A DNA stretch of 64,000 bases from the NCBI RefSeq assembly GCF_009914755.1, contig NC_060929.1; one strand, written 5' to 3'. Both the position numbers and the translations under genes were made by a program. This DNA comes from the human T2T-CHM13v2.0 reference genome, Homo sapiens. This document shows positions 62,723 through 64,000 of this stretch, one piece after another. How positions within the stretch are numbered: the stretch's first letter is position 1; each line of letters opens with the position of its first letter. The notes under the pieces are model-generated. The model did no database searches. It saw only the letters and a program-made list of their open reading frames with translations, and was not told the origin of the DNA.

Positions 62723-63456
62723 GAGCACTATGGAGTAAGAAAGTGGAGTGAATTTATTTCTCTCCTCTTTCTATAGTTTTGACAAGTTTATTCTAGATTG
62801 AGTTTTTTTTATTCTACCTACTATGGCATTGTTGCTAGGGATACAGGAAGATGTATACCATAATGTCTCAAGTGCTGGAAGATTATCTCCAGTTCTCCAG
62901 AAAAAAAAAAGAAAAATCAAGTACATAGCATAATTTTACTTGGCTATCAAAAATGCTCACATATAAGGAAAGACAAAAAGATTAACATTCACTATAAATT
63001 CTTTTCAGTTTGTCAGCTTTGGAGCAGTAAGAGAAGGGGCTAAAACTGTCACTGTCTTGAGCTTCTGCACAAAGTAATGTACAACTGTGGAAGCAAAGAC
63101 ACTATTACAATTGCATTCAGTCTGGCTTCCCACAGTCATGTATTTTCAACATTATTGATTAGCTGCCTTCAAAACAAATTGTGGAGGAAAGTATAGTGAA
63201 AAAGGAAACTTTTCTAGTCTATAAGTAACTGAAGTAACTCCTGGGAGTTTTATATGATCCAATTTTAAGTTCTTTCTAAGTTAGTTATGATTGAGATTTA
63301 TGCTTAGCTTTTCTTTGGAATATCTTATTAAATATAATATATTCACTGAAAGTGAGAAAGAAGCAAGTAAACCAAAGCTTTGTGCAGGAAATCATACTTT
63401 TGGTAGTCAAAATATGAAAACTACCAGACCCCAAATAAATTTTTATGCTACCCTAC

Positions 63457-63914
63457 TGAAATAGGAGACTGCAGGACTTATTTCCTGGTCCCAACAGGAT
63501 AAAATGAAGAAACTGGCCAGAACCAGCAAATGGCACCAAAGGCAACCTTTAGTTGCCCTCGCTGCTCATCAGAATAAGACACTCCCACCAGTGCCATGAC
63601 AGTTTACAAATGCTACAGCAACACCCAGAAGTTACCACCTCTTTATTCTAGAGTTTTCTGAATAATCTGTACCTTAATTTGCATGTAATTAAAAGTGGGT
63701 ATAAATCCTGCTAGCCAACAGCCACATGCCACTACTCTGGGTGCACAGCCTATGGGTTAGCCCTGTTCTGCAAGGAGCAATCACTCTTCTGTACTCTGAC
63801 ACTTCAATAAACCTGCTTTCTCTCACCATTGGTTCACTCTTGAATTCCTCCTGAGTGAAGCCAAGAACCCTCCTGGACTAAGCCCCAGTTTGGGGGCTCA
63901 TTTGATCTGTATCA
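63457..63914 (+). mobile_element. MER41-family (ERV1) solo LTR
   Basis: TG...CA termini and 4-bp TSD CTAC at 63453-63456 and 63915-63918. Hallmark 'ataagacactcccaccagtgccatgacagtttacaaatgc'. Confidence 0.88.
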
Positions 63915-64000
63915 CTACTGCATTGTATGGTAGAAAAAGCACAGTCTCAAGACAGATTTAGGCCCTGGGCTCTGGTACTTACTAATCACATGACTTGCGG

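Noticed and set aside
63457-63914. MER41 as a STAT1/interferon-gamma enhancer
   Set aside because: I did not find the TTCCGGGAA-type GAS motif of MER41B in this copy by eye.

Overview
Primate genomic DNA, probably human or another great ape, judged from Alu J/S, L1PA2-like, THE1/MST/MLT and MER41 repeats. It is AT-rich, repeat-dense, has no CpG island, and I can support no intact protein-coding exon. The identifiable content is two processed pseudogenes and many transposons. The pseudogenes are a BIN2 retrocopy (7388-9399) with an inverted 5' segment, nested in the linker of an AluJ, and a 5'-truncated ACO2 retrocopy (minus strand, about 17338-18730). The transposons include a young 5'-inverted L1PA with a 21-bp target-site duplication (TSD) inside an old ERVL-type provirus, an L1PB with a probable short 3' transduction, and many LTR, DNA-transposon, Alu, MIR and L2 fossils. 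I found no evidence of a new biological system. The best observations are mechanistic fossils readable at base level: two twin-priming inversions, two locally templated insertions, a candidate 3' transduction and a 329-codon chimeric ORF over the ACO2 retrocopy. Repeat and parent-gene calls rest on recalled consensus sequences, not on a database search.
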